The translations under genes were made by a program, and so were the position numbers. The notes under the pieces are model-generated. The model did not search any database. It worked only from the letters and a program-made list of their open reading frames with translations, and had not been told where the DNA came from. Shown in pieces: positions 7,843 to 17,437 of a stretch of 64,000 nucleotides of DNA. Within the stretch, counting starts at the first letter, position 1; every line of letters begins with the position of its first letter. The DNA is from a virus, in IMG/VR virus record IMGVR_UViG_3300036790_000198, positions 3,426 to 67,425 of that record; one strand, written 5' to 3'.

Positions 7843-8621
7843 AGGTAGCTTTTGGTCGAGCAATCCGGAGTGCCTAGCGTGCCGTTCGTCAGGCGGTAAG
7901 TCCCGCTGCTGCCATTGGGAATGCTGATCGCGCCTGCCGAGGTGATGCCCGAATGAGTGCATCCAGAAAGCGGCAAGAATGCAGCTACTACTGAAGCTGA
8001 GCTATTGGCGCTGCTTGAGGTCACCCCGCCGCTGATAGATGAGCCGGTCACGACAGACGCCCAAGTAGCCGTAGGGCCATTTGTGTTATACGAGTCCTGC
8101 TGCACAAAACTGTTGGTGAATGCCGAATAGGTTAACCCAGTACCGGCTTGGCTCACGCCAAATATAACTAGATCACTCGCGGCGGGACTGATTGAGGCGG
8201 TGGTAATCGATGTGTTGGCATGTGCGGCGATCGCTGAGACCGTATCGCATGCGCCGGTACCGCTCCACTCACTGATGAACAAGGTGAGGTTAGAGGTTGC
8301 CGACATTGTGACGGTAACCGTATGGCTGCCTCCTGAAGCCGCTTGAATGTAGTAGATACCAATCCCTGGATTATTAGTTCCGCTATACGCAGCGCAGGCG
8401 ACTACTGAATTTAAATTGTCGGTGATCGAACTCAGCGTCGTATTGTTGTTCGCATCAACCTGGATAATCAGGGTGTCATTGGCGGTGACGCTACTGACGG
8501 GTGAAATGGCGCAGCTCGTTGCAGAGGCGCAATAATTCTTTGTGTTCTGGATTTTTGCCGGAGTGGCGAATGCGAGTCCGCCCGCCAGCAGAATCAGGAG
8601 TGCGACTAGGATTTTCTTCAC
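7812..8621 (-). CDS. Exported Ser/Thr-rich beta protein with Sec signal peptide
   Basis: MKKILVALLILLAGGLAFA|TP signal; domain resembles N-terminus of 27455-29521. Confidence 0.8.
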   Translation of the reverse strand: MKKILVALLILLAGGLAFATPAKIQNTKNYCASATSCAISPVSSVTANDTLIIQVDANNNTTLSSITDNLNSVVACAAYSGTNNPGIGIYYIQAASGGSHTVTVTMSATSNLTLFISEWSGTGACDTVSAIAAHANTSITTASISPAASDLVIFGVSQAGTGLTYSAFTNSFVQQDSYNTNGPTATWASVVTGSSISGGVTSSSANSSASVVAAFLPLSGCTHSGITSAGAISIPNGSSGTYRLTNGTLGTPDCSTKSYLHTDGSIGVN

Positions 8622-10588
8622 TGAATTTGCGCTCCTGCCTTACCTAAATAACCACTAGCGCACGCGCCGGTCAAAAGATTGCTGCCATTGAAGATCCCGC
8701 CAGCCGCTTGGCACACGCCATCAGAAGTTGGCGTGGCCGAGCTAACGTTGCTCGGGAAAGTCCCTCCTACCCAACCGCTGCCGCTGTTGAAGCTGATTGC
8801 CTGCGTCAATCCGGAGCCGAATTGTACTGCATTGGAACTGAACCAGAATGGGCCGTTGCCGGTAGTGCTCGTTTGGCTTACGCCCTGACCAGTGCCGACC
8901 ACCGAATTGCGATAGACGAAAACATTGGTTGTCGTTTCTTGGGATTCATTGTAGGCCATTCCGGGGGTTGTCGGGTTGGCTCCAGTGCTGACAATAATAT
9001 TGTAACAATCCTCCATGTAGCTATTAGTGAGCCCATCGGCGACAAACCCTCCCTGCCAGAAGATGTAGTTTGACTCTCCACTGGAAAAATCATATCTGTC
9101 AGTCCAATAGGTGTCGTCCAGCTTCCGTCCGTAGGCCGATCCCCCGCCGGTCCCAGATCCCTCAAAAGTATCAAATTCGGCTATGCCATAGTTAGTTTTG
9201 AAGGCGTCGTATAATCCAATCCCTTGGAAGTTTCCGGGGCGATTCTGTTCATTGACTCCACGCAGGACGACATAAGAGCGCGTGATCGTGCTCCCGGGGT
9301 CCTCCAGATCAATGGTCGTAGAATTACCACTTCCGGTATTTGTCCCCGGATACGCATTGGGGATTGAGACATTGTCGTAAGTGAGACGCCCGTTGGAGTA
9401 GCCGTCCTCTAGGTAGCTGAAATTCGTTGTAGTTGGCGGATATCCAGTGGGGGTGCCAACTAGAGATATACCCTGAATGAAATTGTCACTTGCATCGTTG
9501 TAGAGGAACAGCGATTCGCCCTTGTCGGATACTGTGGCGGCAAGGTTGGTAATATCGATGCTCGGGGTATTCGGATCTCCCGGAAACCCTAAGATCGCGA
9601 TGGGATTATTCTTGCCGCTGAGCGTGATCCCTGGATGGGTGCCTTGGTCGTAATCCTCGTAGTTTGTGGCCGGGTTCAAGCCGCGCAGATATGCGATAGC
9701 TCCAGGATAAGTGGAGCAGCCACTAGGGAATGCGACGCAGCCGCTGCTGCCGTAGAGTTTCGAGAGTGAATTCCAAGGTGAGGTAACGGTCCCGGACCCG
9801 GTTGAATCGCAGCCCGAGCAGGTTGAATCGATGAATACGAAGCCAGCTTTGAGACTGCCGCTGACTGATTCTGTCGTCGATCCGGTGGCGGCATAAGCGA
9901 TTGTGTAGGTTCCGGCCCCTCCGGTGGTCCCGCTGACCTGAGCTGTGATCCAGTCATTGGCGGGGAGGTCGCCGCCTGATTCTGTGAGCACGGTCCCATA
10001 GGCGAGAGACCCTGCCGATACCGAATTGACTACAACGGTTGTCGTTCCGTTCAACGTTGCATTTGCAGTGGCCGTGCTCGTCGCATAGGAGGCGGCCGTG
10101 CTCAGGGTGAATGCGATGGTGGTCGATGCGAAATCTTGCCCGGTCACCAATACTGAAACAGTGCCCGTCCAGGCGCTAGTGATATTCCCTTGCGGAGTCC
10201 AGCAAAATTCGTCGTAGCCGGCCGCAAGCATCTGTGCTGGCGTGTCTCCCGGTATCCAATATGACTGAGCGATGTATGAACCCGGAGGTCCCGAGAGGAG
10301 CGTGAAGACGTAAGGGTACGCACCACCTTGCGCCTCGATAGGGATACAACCTTGGACAGAGTGCGTGCTGTCCCAGAAAAACCAGTGTTCCCGCGCGTAG
10401 CTCCTCGTCTCAGAGTCGGGACGCGGAAAGATCACGGTCATCGGTAGCTGCGCGGCTACCCAGTGACTCGCAGGGAGGAAGCCTGTCGGTAAGCCACCGG
10501 AGAATCCCAGACGCGGCGGGATCGCGCTCGCGGTGACCCATGCTATGAGCGCGAACGCTATGCCAGCGGCGCGAAGGAACTTCATCAT
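8618..10588 (-). CDS. Exported adhesin or beta-helix-like protein with Sec signal peptide
   Basis: MMKFLRAAGIAFALIAWVTASA|IP; Ig-like GGAYPYVF; FID...GSGT...PW motif preceding a probable beta-helix. Confidence 0.8.
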   Translation of the reverse strand: MMKFLRAAGIAFALIAWVTASAIPPRLGFSGGLPTGFLPASHWVAAQLPMTVIFPRPDSETRSYAREHWFFWDSTHSVQGCIPIEAQGGAYPYVFTLLSGPPGSYIAQSYWIPGDTPAQMLAAGYDEFCWTPQGNITSAWTGTVSVLVTGQDFASTTIAFTLSTAASYATSTATANATLNGTTTVVVNSVSAGSLAYGTVLTESGGDLPANDWITAQVSGTTGGAGTYTIAYAATGSTTESVSGSLKAGFVFIDSTCSGCDSTGSGTVTSPWNSLSKLYGSSGCVAFPSGCSTYPGAIAYLRGLNPATNYEDYDQGTHPGITLSGKNNPIAILGFPGDPNTPSIDITNLAATVSDKGESLFLYNDASDNFIQGISLVGTPTGYPPTTTNFSYLEDGYSNGRLTYDNVSIPNAYPGTNTGSGNSTTIDLEDPGSTITRSYVVLRGVNEQNRPGNFQGIGLYDAFKTNYGIAEFDTFEGSGTGGGSAYGRKLDDTYWTDRYDFSSGESNYIFWQGGFVADGLTNSYMEDCYNIIVSTGANPTTPGMAYNESQETTTNVFVYRNSVVGTGQGVSQTSTTGNGPFWFSSNAVQFGSGLTQAISFNSGSGWVGGTFPSNVSSATPTSDGVCQAAGGIFNGSNLLTGACASGYLGKAGAQIQ

Positions 10589-13500
10589 AGCGAGCGCGGA
10601 TGGCAGGCCCAGCTAATCCCATCCGTCCCGCCTGTGACAGCGGCGCCCGGTATCGGTATCGTCGCGGTGGTCGTCGTGTCCGCACTCGCGCCCCACTTCC
10701 CGAACCACGTCCCTGCGGCCTGCAGGGTCTCATCGTCCACCGAGCAGTCGAAGCCAAGCGGATCGGTGAAGCCCGTGGCTCCATTCATGGTGATCACGAT
10801 CGAGGTGCAGGGACCCGAGGCGAGATTGAACTTGCCGGCGAAGGGGCCGTTATTGACGCTCGTTGGCGTGCAGCCGGTGGCGACCATCGTCGCTGCCGTA
10901 TGGGCCGCGAGGTATGCCTGCATCTCAGACGGAATCGCGAGCGCCCGCAGTTGCTGGCCGACGGGGGTGTCCCAAGCGACGACATTCCAGGTATTAGTCG
11001 CGGTCTGCTGGATCTGGATGAAGCCGTACACCCCGCCCAGGGAATAGGTCTGAGTGGTCGATGAGCCGTAGGCCGCTGAGGTGAGCGTGACGCCGCTCCC
11101 TGAGCATCCCCCAGTACCGGCCGGGTCAAGGCTCGTGACGCCCGTGCTGACTTCCTGGACCGTCAGGAGCGTCCCGACGGGATAGGCCACGCTCGAATTC
11201 GGCGGTACGCAGACGATGTTCGATGAGGCGTTACCCATCGTCACGGAGATATTGGCGTCCCCGAGGACGAAGGTATAGGTCGTACCGGTCTGCGGATTCG
11301 ATGAGGCGGAGTTCAGGACGCCGATTTCCTGAGCCGGAGTGAGCCCGTTCGGCGCGCCGGTCGAGCCGGAATTATTGGCAAGCGTTGTATTGTTAGCGAT
11401 CGAGGGAGTACCACCGCTACACCCGCTTGTCGTCAACGCCCCTCCCGTACCATTGGGGCACACCGGAGAGGTGCCGGCAGTGAGGGCGGAATCGATGAGG
11501 CCAGCGAAAGTATTGGTGCCCGAGAAAGTCTGCGTGGCCGAGAGAGTGGGCAGGCTGACCGCGAGGGCGGTATTGAGATTGGCAAGAGTGGGGGTGGCGA
11601 GCCAAGTCCCTACGCCGCTTCCCAGGCCCGCGAGGCCGGAGATCGGGAGATTGGTGAGGTTTGCCGCGCTACCACTGGCAGGCGTCCCCAGGGCGCCTCC
11701 GTTGACCACAAAGGCCCCTGCACTGCCTACGTTCACCCCAAGGGCGGTCTCAACGCCGGTCCCGAATCCGGAGAGTCCGGTGAGCGGGATGGCAGAGAGG
11801 AAGTTCGCCGGGATCGTGAATGAGCTGCTGTAGCTCGTACCGTAGCTCGAGGAGCCGGTGTAATTTACGATGCCGGCGCCACCGGAGGGGTAGGTGGCAA
11901 GCGAAACCCCCAGGGCGGTATTGAGATTCGCAAGGGTCGGGGTGGTAAGCCAGGTCGGGATGCCGGTCCCGGGGGTAAGCGTCGCCAATGCGCCAAACGC
12001 AGTCCCGCCAGTCTTCGTGCAGGTAATGGCTCCCGCGCTTGTGAGTGCGCAGTCCCCTGACAACGTGACGGGCGCGTAGGCCGTGCCGCCGGAATTGCCG
12101 ACGGGGAGTTGTCCGGTGGTGGGTACGGTTGCAGAGCCTGTGCCCCCGCTCGTTGCGGCAAGCGTATTTGAGAGTGAGCCTGCGGAGCCGGTTGTATTTT
12201 GATTGAGTGTCGGGATATCCGCACTGACCAACGACCGCGGCGCGAGCGCCCCCGCCGAGCCATTGGGGCTCGCCAGCACCTCATTCGCCGGCTCCGAAGT
12301 GCCCGTCACGGTGAACGTGCCGGCGCCGGTGATCGGTGAGCCGCCGACGCTGAGCCATGGCGGCATCGTGAGCGCCACATTCGTAACCGTGCCCGATCCG
12401 GCTGGCGCCTGGCAGCTCCCGTCGCCACGGAGGTACGTCGAGCTATTGCAGGGGCCCGACCAAAGTCCAAGCACATCGCCAGAGGACGCGGCGCTATACG
12501 CACTGCCGGCATTGCCCTTCAAGATGCCGGTGACCGTGCCGGCCTCGCCAGACCCACCATAGGCCGGCGCCAGCACCGAGCCGTTCCAGACGCCGGAGGT
12601 GATGGTACCGACGGTCGCAAGTGCGGAAGCTGATGTGAGCGCATTCAGGATCGTCGGGATGTCAGCCGAGACGAGCGCGCGATATCCCGGGGTGCCGGAG
12701 GAGCCATTGGGGGAGACAAATACTTGGTTCGCGCTCTGAGATGCGAGCGAGACGGTGAAGCTACCGGCATCCGTGACCGGGGAGCCGGTGACGGTGAACA
12801 TCGACGGCATCGAGATCCCGACGCTCGTCACCGACCCGCCTCCACTGCCGCCGCCGGTCTGGCAGGTGCCATCAGCGCGCAGGAAAGTGGTTGAGTTACA
12901 GGGCCCCGACCAGAGGCTGATGATGGCCGATGAAGTCGCGGGCACGAAGCCGGCGCCAGTGCTCAAGGCAAGACCGGTAAAGGTCGGCACCAGAGTGATC
13001 ACCGGTGTCGTGGTGGGGCTTGAGACGGTGCCCGAGAGGCCATTCGCTGCGGCAACTGAGACTGTGGTGACAGTGCCGCCTCCGCCGCCCCCTCCACCCG
13101 CGCAATTCACCGTCTGATTGGGCCATGCGCCCGTAATCGTGCAATTGGCGCCGGCGATGAGGCCCGGGGTCTGCGTACCCGTACCGCCCGCGGCGATCGG
13201 CAACACGCCAAAGATCCCGCCATTGCCCGCGCCCGCGAGATTCACGGGCGGGATATCGGTCGCCACCAGAGCTCGCAACCCCACTGGCCCACTCGCCAGC
13301 GCCGGACTCGCCAGCACTTGGCCCGCTGGCTGTCCGCCCGCCGCGGTCACCCCGAGGATGCCAGCAGAGGTGATGGGGGAGCCCGAGACGGCGAGCCATG
13401 GGGGAAGCGTCAGCCCGACGCTCGTGACGGTGCCAAAGCCGCAGGGCTGCCAGAGGGCAGCCGTACCATTGTTTGAAAGGCAGGTACCATTCACCAGTGG

Positions 13501-13734
13501 CGGCAGAAGCTGAAGAAGGAAGCCGTTTGCGGCCAGGTACTGCGCAAGCTGAATGGGCTCAATATTGACAGCGACGCCAGCAGTGCTTTGCGCGGGGATG
13601 CGTTCACCACCGAGTACGGTAGCGATGGTCGGGAACACTCCGGGACCCGATCCGGGCCAGGTCTGGGCGGTGGCTGCGCAGGAAGTGAGCGCAAAGGAGG
13701 CCGCCGCCGCCAGTGTCAGGGCGAACTTTCGCAT
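10585..13734 (-). CDS. Long fibre-like repeat protein with signal peptide or lipobox
   Basis: MRKFALTLAAAASFALTSC (LTSC lipobox) or ATA|Q; repeated GTVTxVxL..GSPIT, GGTG and TYT..GD fibre motifs. Confidence 0.82.
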   Translation of the reverse strand: MRKFALTLAAAASFALTSCAATAQTWPGSGPGVFPTIATVLGGERIPAQSTAGVAVNIEPIQLAQYLAANGFLLQLLPPLVNGTCLSNNGTAALWQPCGFGTVTSVGLTLPPWLAVSGSPITSAGILGVTAAGGQPAGQVLASPALASGPVGLRALVATDIPPVNLAGAGNGGIFGVLPIAAGGTGTQTPGLIAGANCTITGAWPNQTVNCAGGGGGGGGTVTTVSVAAANGLSGTVSSPTTTPVITLVPTFTGLALSTGAGFVPATSSAIISLWSGPCNSTTFLRADGTCQTGGGSGGGSVTSVGISMPSMFTVTGSPVTDAGSFTVSLASQSANQVFVSPNGSSGTPGYRALVSADIPTILNALTSASALATVGTITSGVWNGSVLAPAYGGSGEAGTVTGILKGNAGSAYSAASSGDVLGLWSGPCNSSTYLRGDGSCQAPAGSGTVTNVALTMPPWLSVGGSPITGAGTFTVTGTSEPANEVLASPNGSAGALAPRSLVSADIPTLNQNTTGSAGSLSNTLAATSGGTGSATVPTTGQLPVGNSGGTAYAPVTLSGDCALTSAGAITCTKTGGTAFGALATLTPGTGIPTWLTTPTLANLNTALGVSLATYPSGGAGIVNYTGSSSYGTSYSSSFTIPANFLSAIPLTGLSGFGTGVETALGVNVGSAGAFVVNGGALGTPASGSAANLTNLPISGLAGLGSGVGTWLATPTLANLNTALAVSLPTLSATQTFSGTNTFAGLIDSALTAGTSPVCPNGTGGALTTSGCSGGTPSIANNTTLANNSGSTGAPNGLTPAQEIGVLNSASSNPQTGTTYTFVLGDANISVTMGNASSNIVCVPPNSSVAYPVGTLLTVQEVSTGVTSLDPAGTGGCSGSGVTLTSAAYGSSTTQTYSLGGVYGFIQIQQTATNTWNVVAWDTPVGQQLRALAIPSEMQAYLAAHTAATMVATGCTPTSVNNGPFAGKFNLASGPCTSIVITMNGATGFTDPLGFDCSVDDETLQAAGTWFGKWGASADTTTTATIPIPGAAVTGGTDGISWACHPRSL

Positions 13735-13753
13735 GGGAAATTCCTAAGAGGAG

Positions 13754-14359
13754 TTATTCGGTGAGAAGGCCGGCTGGTGTCGGGGCCTTGCGAGCGCCGA
13801 GTCCCCAATACATGCCGAGCACATCACCAGGATCGATGTTAGTGAACGGCACCAGCACGTCGTGGCCGAGGACGGCGCCCTTCCACATGATCCAACTACC
13901 GAGCGCCGAACAGAAAAAGTTCTGTGCGCGCTTCCAGGAGTTGTCGATCTGGTCGGTTACAAAATCCTCGATGCCGCGAAAATCGTATGGACGATTAAGA
14001 ACGGAGCGCGCCATCGCCTCAACTGCGCGAGCCTGTTCAGGCGTGCAGGGAATCTCGAGCCACAAACATTTTTCGCCCTTCAAGTACGAGATCGGGCGAA
14101 TTTGGACCCCGGCCGGTACGCCGCCGACAACATTCAGCCGCGCATCTATGACGTGCGTTCCACCAGGCAAGACGATGGCCACGCAATGCGCCCAGTCTGA
14201 CTTCGCGAGCCATCTGATCCACCAGGCGCCGAATCCCCCGCCCTTCGTCAGGCCGACGGTGATCACCGCTGTACGGGCTTCCTGGTGCGGTACAGACCCA
14301 GTCAGATCCGCGATCGTCTTCGCGACACTGCGGGGCTTGCGTTTGGTCGTGCGGATCAT
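13754..14359 (-). CDS. Permuted papain-like (NlpC/P60, YiiX-type) amidase
   Basis: His in WAHC precedes PYD and FFCS catalytic Cys. Confidence 0.75.
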   Translation of the reverse strand: MIRTTKRKPRSVAKTIADLTGSVPHQEARTAVITVGLTKGGGFGAWWIRWLAKSDWAHCVAIVLPGGTHVIDARLNVVGGVPAGVQIRPISYLKGEKCLWLEIPCTPEQARAVEAMARSVLNRPYDFRGIEDFVTDQIDNSWKRAQNFFCSALGSWIMWKGAVLGHDVLVPFTNIDPGDVLGMYWGLGARKAPTPAGLLTE

Positions 14360-15141
14360 GCGGCTTCCTGTGCCTCGACCTGCTGAACTGCAGCAAGCAT
14401 GGCATCGAGGCTAAAGCCGGCCGGCGAGGTCCCGCCAGCGCGAACGAATCCCGGATACACAGCCAAGTGAGCCTCGTCCAAAAACTGCGAGTTCATCACG
14501 AGCGGCCAGGCCACCGGCTGCAGCTTGCCCCACGTGACGATCCACGCGTAATCCCCGTCGTACTTGACGATCGGAACGTCATGCCCGCCGGCATTTGGAT
14601 CATTCGGATCTGCGGCCGTTTCCCACGGTTGCCCCGAGTCGAACTGCTGCTCCATCTGCTGGTCGACAATAATCCCCAAACGACACGCCCCGAATACCTG
14701 CACCGCCCAGCGAAGGTGCGCGGCATTCGTCGGGTCAACCGGTCCGGTCGCTGCGGACTTCTGTCCGCAGAGCCCGGTCGACATCATGTATTGCTCCATC
14801 GATGTCTCATCACATCCCTGGTCCGTCGCCGAATTTCCCGGCACGTATCCCCCGACCGCACTGTAGAGCGCCTGGATCTCATCCTTGGTTGGAATGACGA
14901 TGGCGCCAGCGTTGGCGCTGTGCACCATGACTTGATGCCCAGAGTCCTCGCAAACGCAGTCGCCCTCCGTATCGTTCCACCAGCAAATCCAGCCGTCCGG
15001 ACTCTGCGATGTGACCGCCGAAACATAGTCGTCACTTACGGTCGGCGGACTTCCAAGGGAAGCAAGCGCCTGATGCATGGCTAGCGCCAGGCGCATCGTC
15101 CTTCGCGTGTGGACTGCGGGGAGACGGCCGCGTTTGTACAT
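14356..15141 (-). CDS. Papain-like cysteine peptidase
   Basis: ND.EGDC...GGHDV..VKYD...IVTWG. Confidence 0.7.
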   Translation of the reverse strand: MYKRGRLPAVHTRRTMRLALAMHQALASLGSPPTVSDDYVSAVTSQSPDGWICWWNDTEGDCVCEDSGHQVMVHSANAGAIVIPTKDEIQALYSAVGGYVPGNSATDQGCDETSMEQYMMSTGLCGQKSAATGPVDPTNAAHLRWAVQVFGACRLGIIVDQQMEQQFDSGQPWETAADPNDPNAGGHDVPIVKYDGDYAWIVTWGKLQPVAWPLVMNSQFLDEAHLAVYPGFVRAGGTSPAGFSLDAMLAAVQQVEAQEAA

Positions 15142-15143
15142 GC

Positions 15144-15401
15144 TCACGACAGAGCGCTCGCGACGTAGGTGTACTCGCCGCCACTCGTATCCAGCCCGCA
15201 CGTTGTGGTGAACGTGTGCGGAGGCTGGTAGTACGGAATGGATGGCTGTACGTACGGCACCAAAACCGGCTGCGGCTGCACGTAGATCGGCGGGTATACG
15301 ATCTGCGGCGGTCGCGCCTCCAGTTCGCGAACCCGCCGCTCCAGCTCTCCGATGCGATCAATGAGATCCTCGGTTCCCTTGCGCAGACGTTTTGCGGCCA
15401 T
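15144..15401 (-). CDS. Hypothetical coiled-coil/Pro-rich protein
   Basis: RIGELERRVRELEARPP; tightly packed with neighbours. Confidence 0.6.
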   Translation of the reverse strand: MAAKRLRKGTEDLIDRIGELERRVRELEARPPQIVYPPIYVQPQPVLVPYVQPSIPYYQPPHTFTTTCGLDTSGGEYTYVASALS

Positions 15402-15403
15402 GG

Positions 15404-15787
15404 CTACTTCGTCGCCACGCTGTACTGCGTGATTGCAGCGCCGGCCGACGCCGAGATGCCAGCACCAGTATCGGTAGCGACCTGTTCCAATGTCGGAAGC
15501 CACGCGGCGGCGCCGGCCTGAATCTGGAGCCACGGCTGCGCGAGCGACCAGAGATTGGTGGCGAACTGCGCCATGGCGGCATCACTCAGCTTGGAGATTG
15601 CCGTCTGCACCTGAGCGCTGATCTCGGTGAAGTTGCCGGTGCCCACGGCTGAAAAGTACGCCCCGATGGAGGCGGCAGTCTGTGCGCGCGCCAGCTTGTC
15701 AGCGTTCGTCGTGCCTTTGCTGATCTCAACGGCAGTAGCTGCTTCGGCGATGAGATAGACGGGAGAGTTGGTAGCCATAACTGTCAT
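15404..15787 (-). CDS. Ala-rich hypothetical protein of the lysis region
   Basis: ATGA overlap with 15784-16047. Confidence 0.6.
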   Translation of the reverse strand: MTVMATNSPVYLIAEAATAVEISKGTTNADKLARAQTAASIGAYFSAVGTGNFTEISAQVQTAISKLSDAAMAQFATNLWSLAQPWLQIQAGAAAWLPTLEQVATDTGAGISASAGAAITQYSVATK

Positions 15788-16047
15788 GCCTTCGGTTGCG
15801 CCGGCTGAGCCGGCTGTGGAGGGTTTGAGGCCAGGACCGCCTTCGCCTGGACGTAGGTCTGCGCTGTCACGTGGCCCCGCCAATAGGTCAGTACGGCGAT
15901 GGCACCCAAGCAGCCCTTGGTGTATTTGTCGGGAATGAAGCCGCCCTCAGCGAGCACCGCTAAAGTGCCGCCGGTGACCGCGATGATGCGCGTCCAGCTA
16001 TTGTTGAGCGCGTCCCAAATATTGGTCGCGAAATCCCAGAAAGTCAT
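15784..16047 (-). CDS. Holin-like 2-TM membrane protein
   Basis: Two hydrophobic segments, 87 aa, in lysis cluster. Confidence 0.55.
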   Translation of the reverse strand: MTFWDFATNIWDALNNSWTRIIAVTGGTLAVLAEGGFIPDKYTKGCLGAIAVLTYWRGHVTAQTYVQAKAVLASNPPQPAQPAQPKA

Positions 16048-16505
16048 TGCGCCCCCGCCGTGACACCCGTCACGATAAGTGGAGTCTGTTGAGTGACGAT
16101 CGGTGGCGCCGATGCGACCACGTAGCTGATCTCGGCCGATACCGGCCCCGATACCCCGCCAGCGACAGCCGTCACTTCGATGACGACCGTAGCGCCGATG
16201 GTGTACCCCGGAAGCGTCACCCTCGTGCCCGTCACATTCTGTTCAAGCGCGGGTGAGCCCTCGGACCCCGGGCCGTTCGTGCCGATCGCAACGTTGTAGG
16301 TGACCGGATTTGAGCAGGTAACTGTGACCGTGCCGGCCGTACACTGCGTGACAGGATTCCAGCGCACGACGACATTGGCAGTGGTCGGCGTCTGCGCATG
16401 CGCCACCGACACGAGTAGCGCCGCGAGCGCCAGCAACGGCGCGTAGCGCTTCTTGACCACGATGTGCCCGCGAAGGATGAGCCAGCAGAATTTCAGGTAT
16501 TTCAT
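16044..16505 (-). CDS. Exported fibronectin-III-like protein
   Basis: KKRYAPLLALAALLVSVAHA|Q signal; V.W.P...Y.V...V.AV...G..S pattern. Confidence 0.65.
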   Translation of the reverse strand: MKYLKFCWLILRGHIVVKKRYAPLLALAALLVSVAHAQTPTTANVVVRWNPVTQCTAGTVTVTCSNPVTYNVAIGTNGPGSEGSPALEQNVTGTRVTLPGYTIGATVVIEVTAVAGGVSGPVSAEISYVVASAPPIVTQQTPLIVTGVTAGAQ

Positions 16506-16673
16506 GAATACATCCTCACCTGCATGAGTTTCCATCGCCCGCGGCGCTTACGTACCGCCTCATCGCTCAGCACCGGAGCCGCAGCCGGCGAGAGGATCTG
16601 CGGCAGTAGAGCGTGATGCGTTGCGCGCCACGCGAAGGCGATCGGGTCAATGAGGGGGGCTTTCTTTCGCACT

Positions 16674-17126
16674 TTAGATAGTCTGTTGAATGATGAGCGA
16701 GTGCGCCATGATGTTTCCAAGCAGCGCTCGCAGCTTCGTCATGGCGTCCTGCGACTCCAGGACCGCCGGCTCAAGACGCCCTGTTTTGGGATTGAGCAAC
16801 TCACCGAGCGATAAACCAACCAAAATGCAGCCCAGTGAGTCCGTCGTCCAGTTTCCAGGATGCATCTCTATCGCCGACCGGGCGCCTTCTGGCACAAGGC
16901 CGTGGCCGTAGACGCCAAGTGCCGGATTGTGTAAACGATAGACCAAGCCCTTCTCGGGCGACTCGTAGGCACTCAACTCGTATTCGCCCGCCGGCACGCA
17001 CGACTCATCAGCCGCGCCATCTAGCCACGGTAATTCCATCGTATGCATCGTCTCGCCGGCGACAAGAAGGGTGCCTTCCGTGTGGGCGCCATCCTGTAGG
17101 ATGCGCTGCAGCGTCAATAACATCAC
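16674..17126 (-). CDS. DUF5675-like putative peptidoglycan hydrolase (endolysin candidate)
   Basis: T.G.L, TMELPW, SCVPAGEY, IEMHPGN...SLGCILVG. Confidence 0.75.
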   Translation of the reverse strand: MMLLTLQRILQDGAHTEGTLLVAGETMHTMELPWLDGAADESCVPAGEYELSAYESPEKGLVYRLHNPALGVYGHGLVPEGARSAIEMHPGNWTTDSLGCILVGLSLGELLNPKTGRLEPAVLESQDAMTKLRALLGNIMAHSLIIQQTI

Positions 17127-17437
17127 TTGTCCTCTAACTTATCGACGCGCTCTTTCAACACCTCGACCGCGCGTATGTAAGGTTCGACCTGCTCGTGCTT
17201 CCATCCGCGTAGATCCAGAATGTCCTTCTCATTACGCACTACGCGTATCAATAGGCCAGTCTTCGTCACCGCATCTTCCATCTGATCAAGCCTCACGCCC
17301 AACCCCTTGCGCCATTCCTCGCTCGAGCGCTTCCACTCCCCGAATGCACCAAGGAAAAACTTCGATGATCCCCACCACGCGAGGATCGGGCTCGCAATGG
17401 CGACCGCAACCGCAACGATGGTAATCCACAGTTCCAT
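17123..17437 (-). CDS. Single-TM plus coiled-coil holin/antiholin-like protein
   Basis: N-terminal TM; directly upstream of endolysin candidate. Confidence 0.55.
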   Translation of the reverse strand: MELWITIVAVAVAIASPILAWWGSSKFFLGAFGEWKRSSEEWRKGLGVRLDQMEDAVTKTGLLIRVVRNEKDILDLRGWKHEQVEPYIRAVEVLKERVDKLEDK

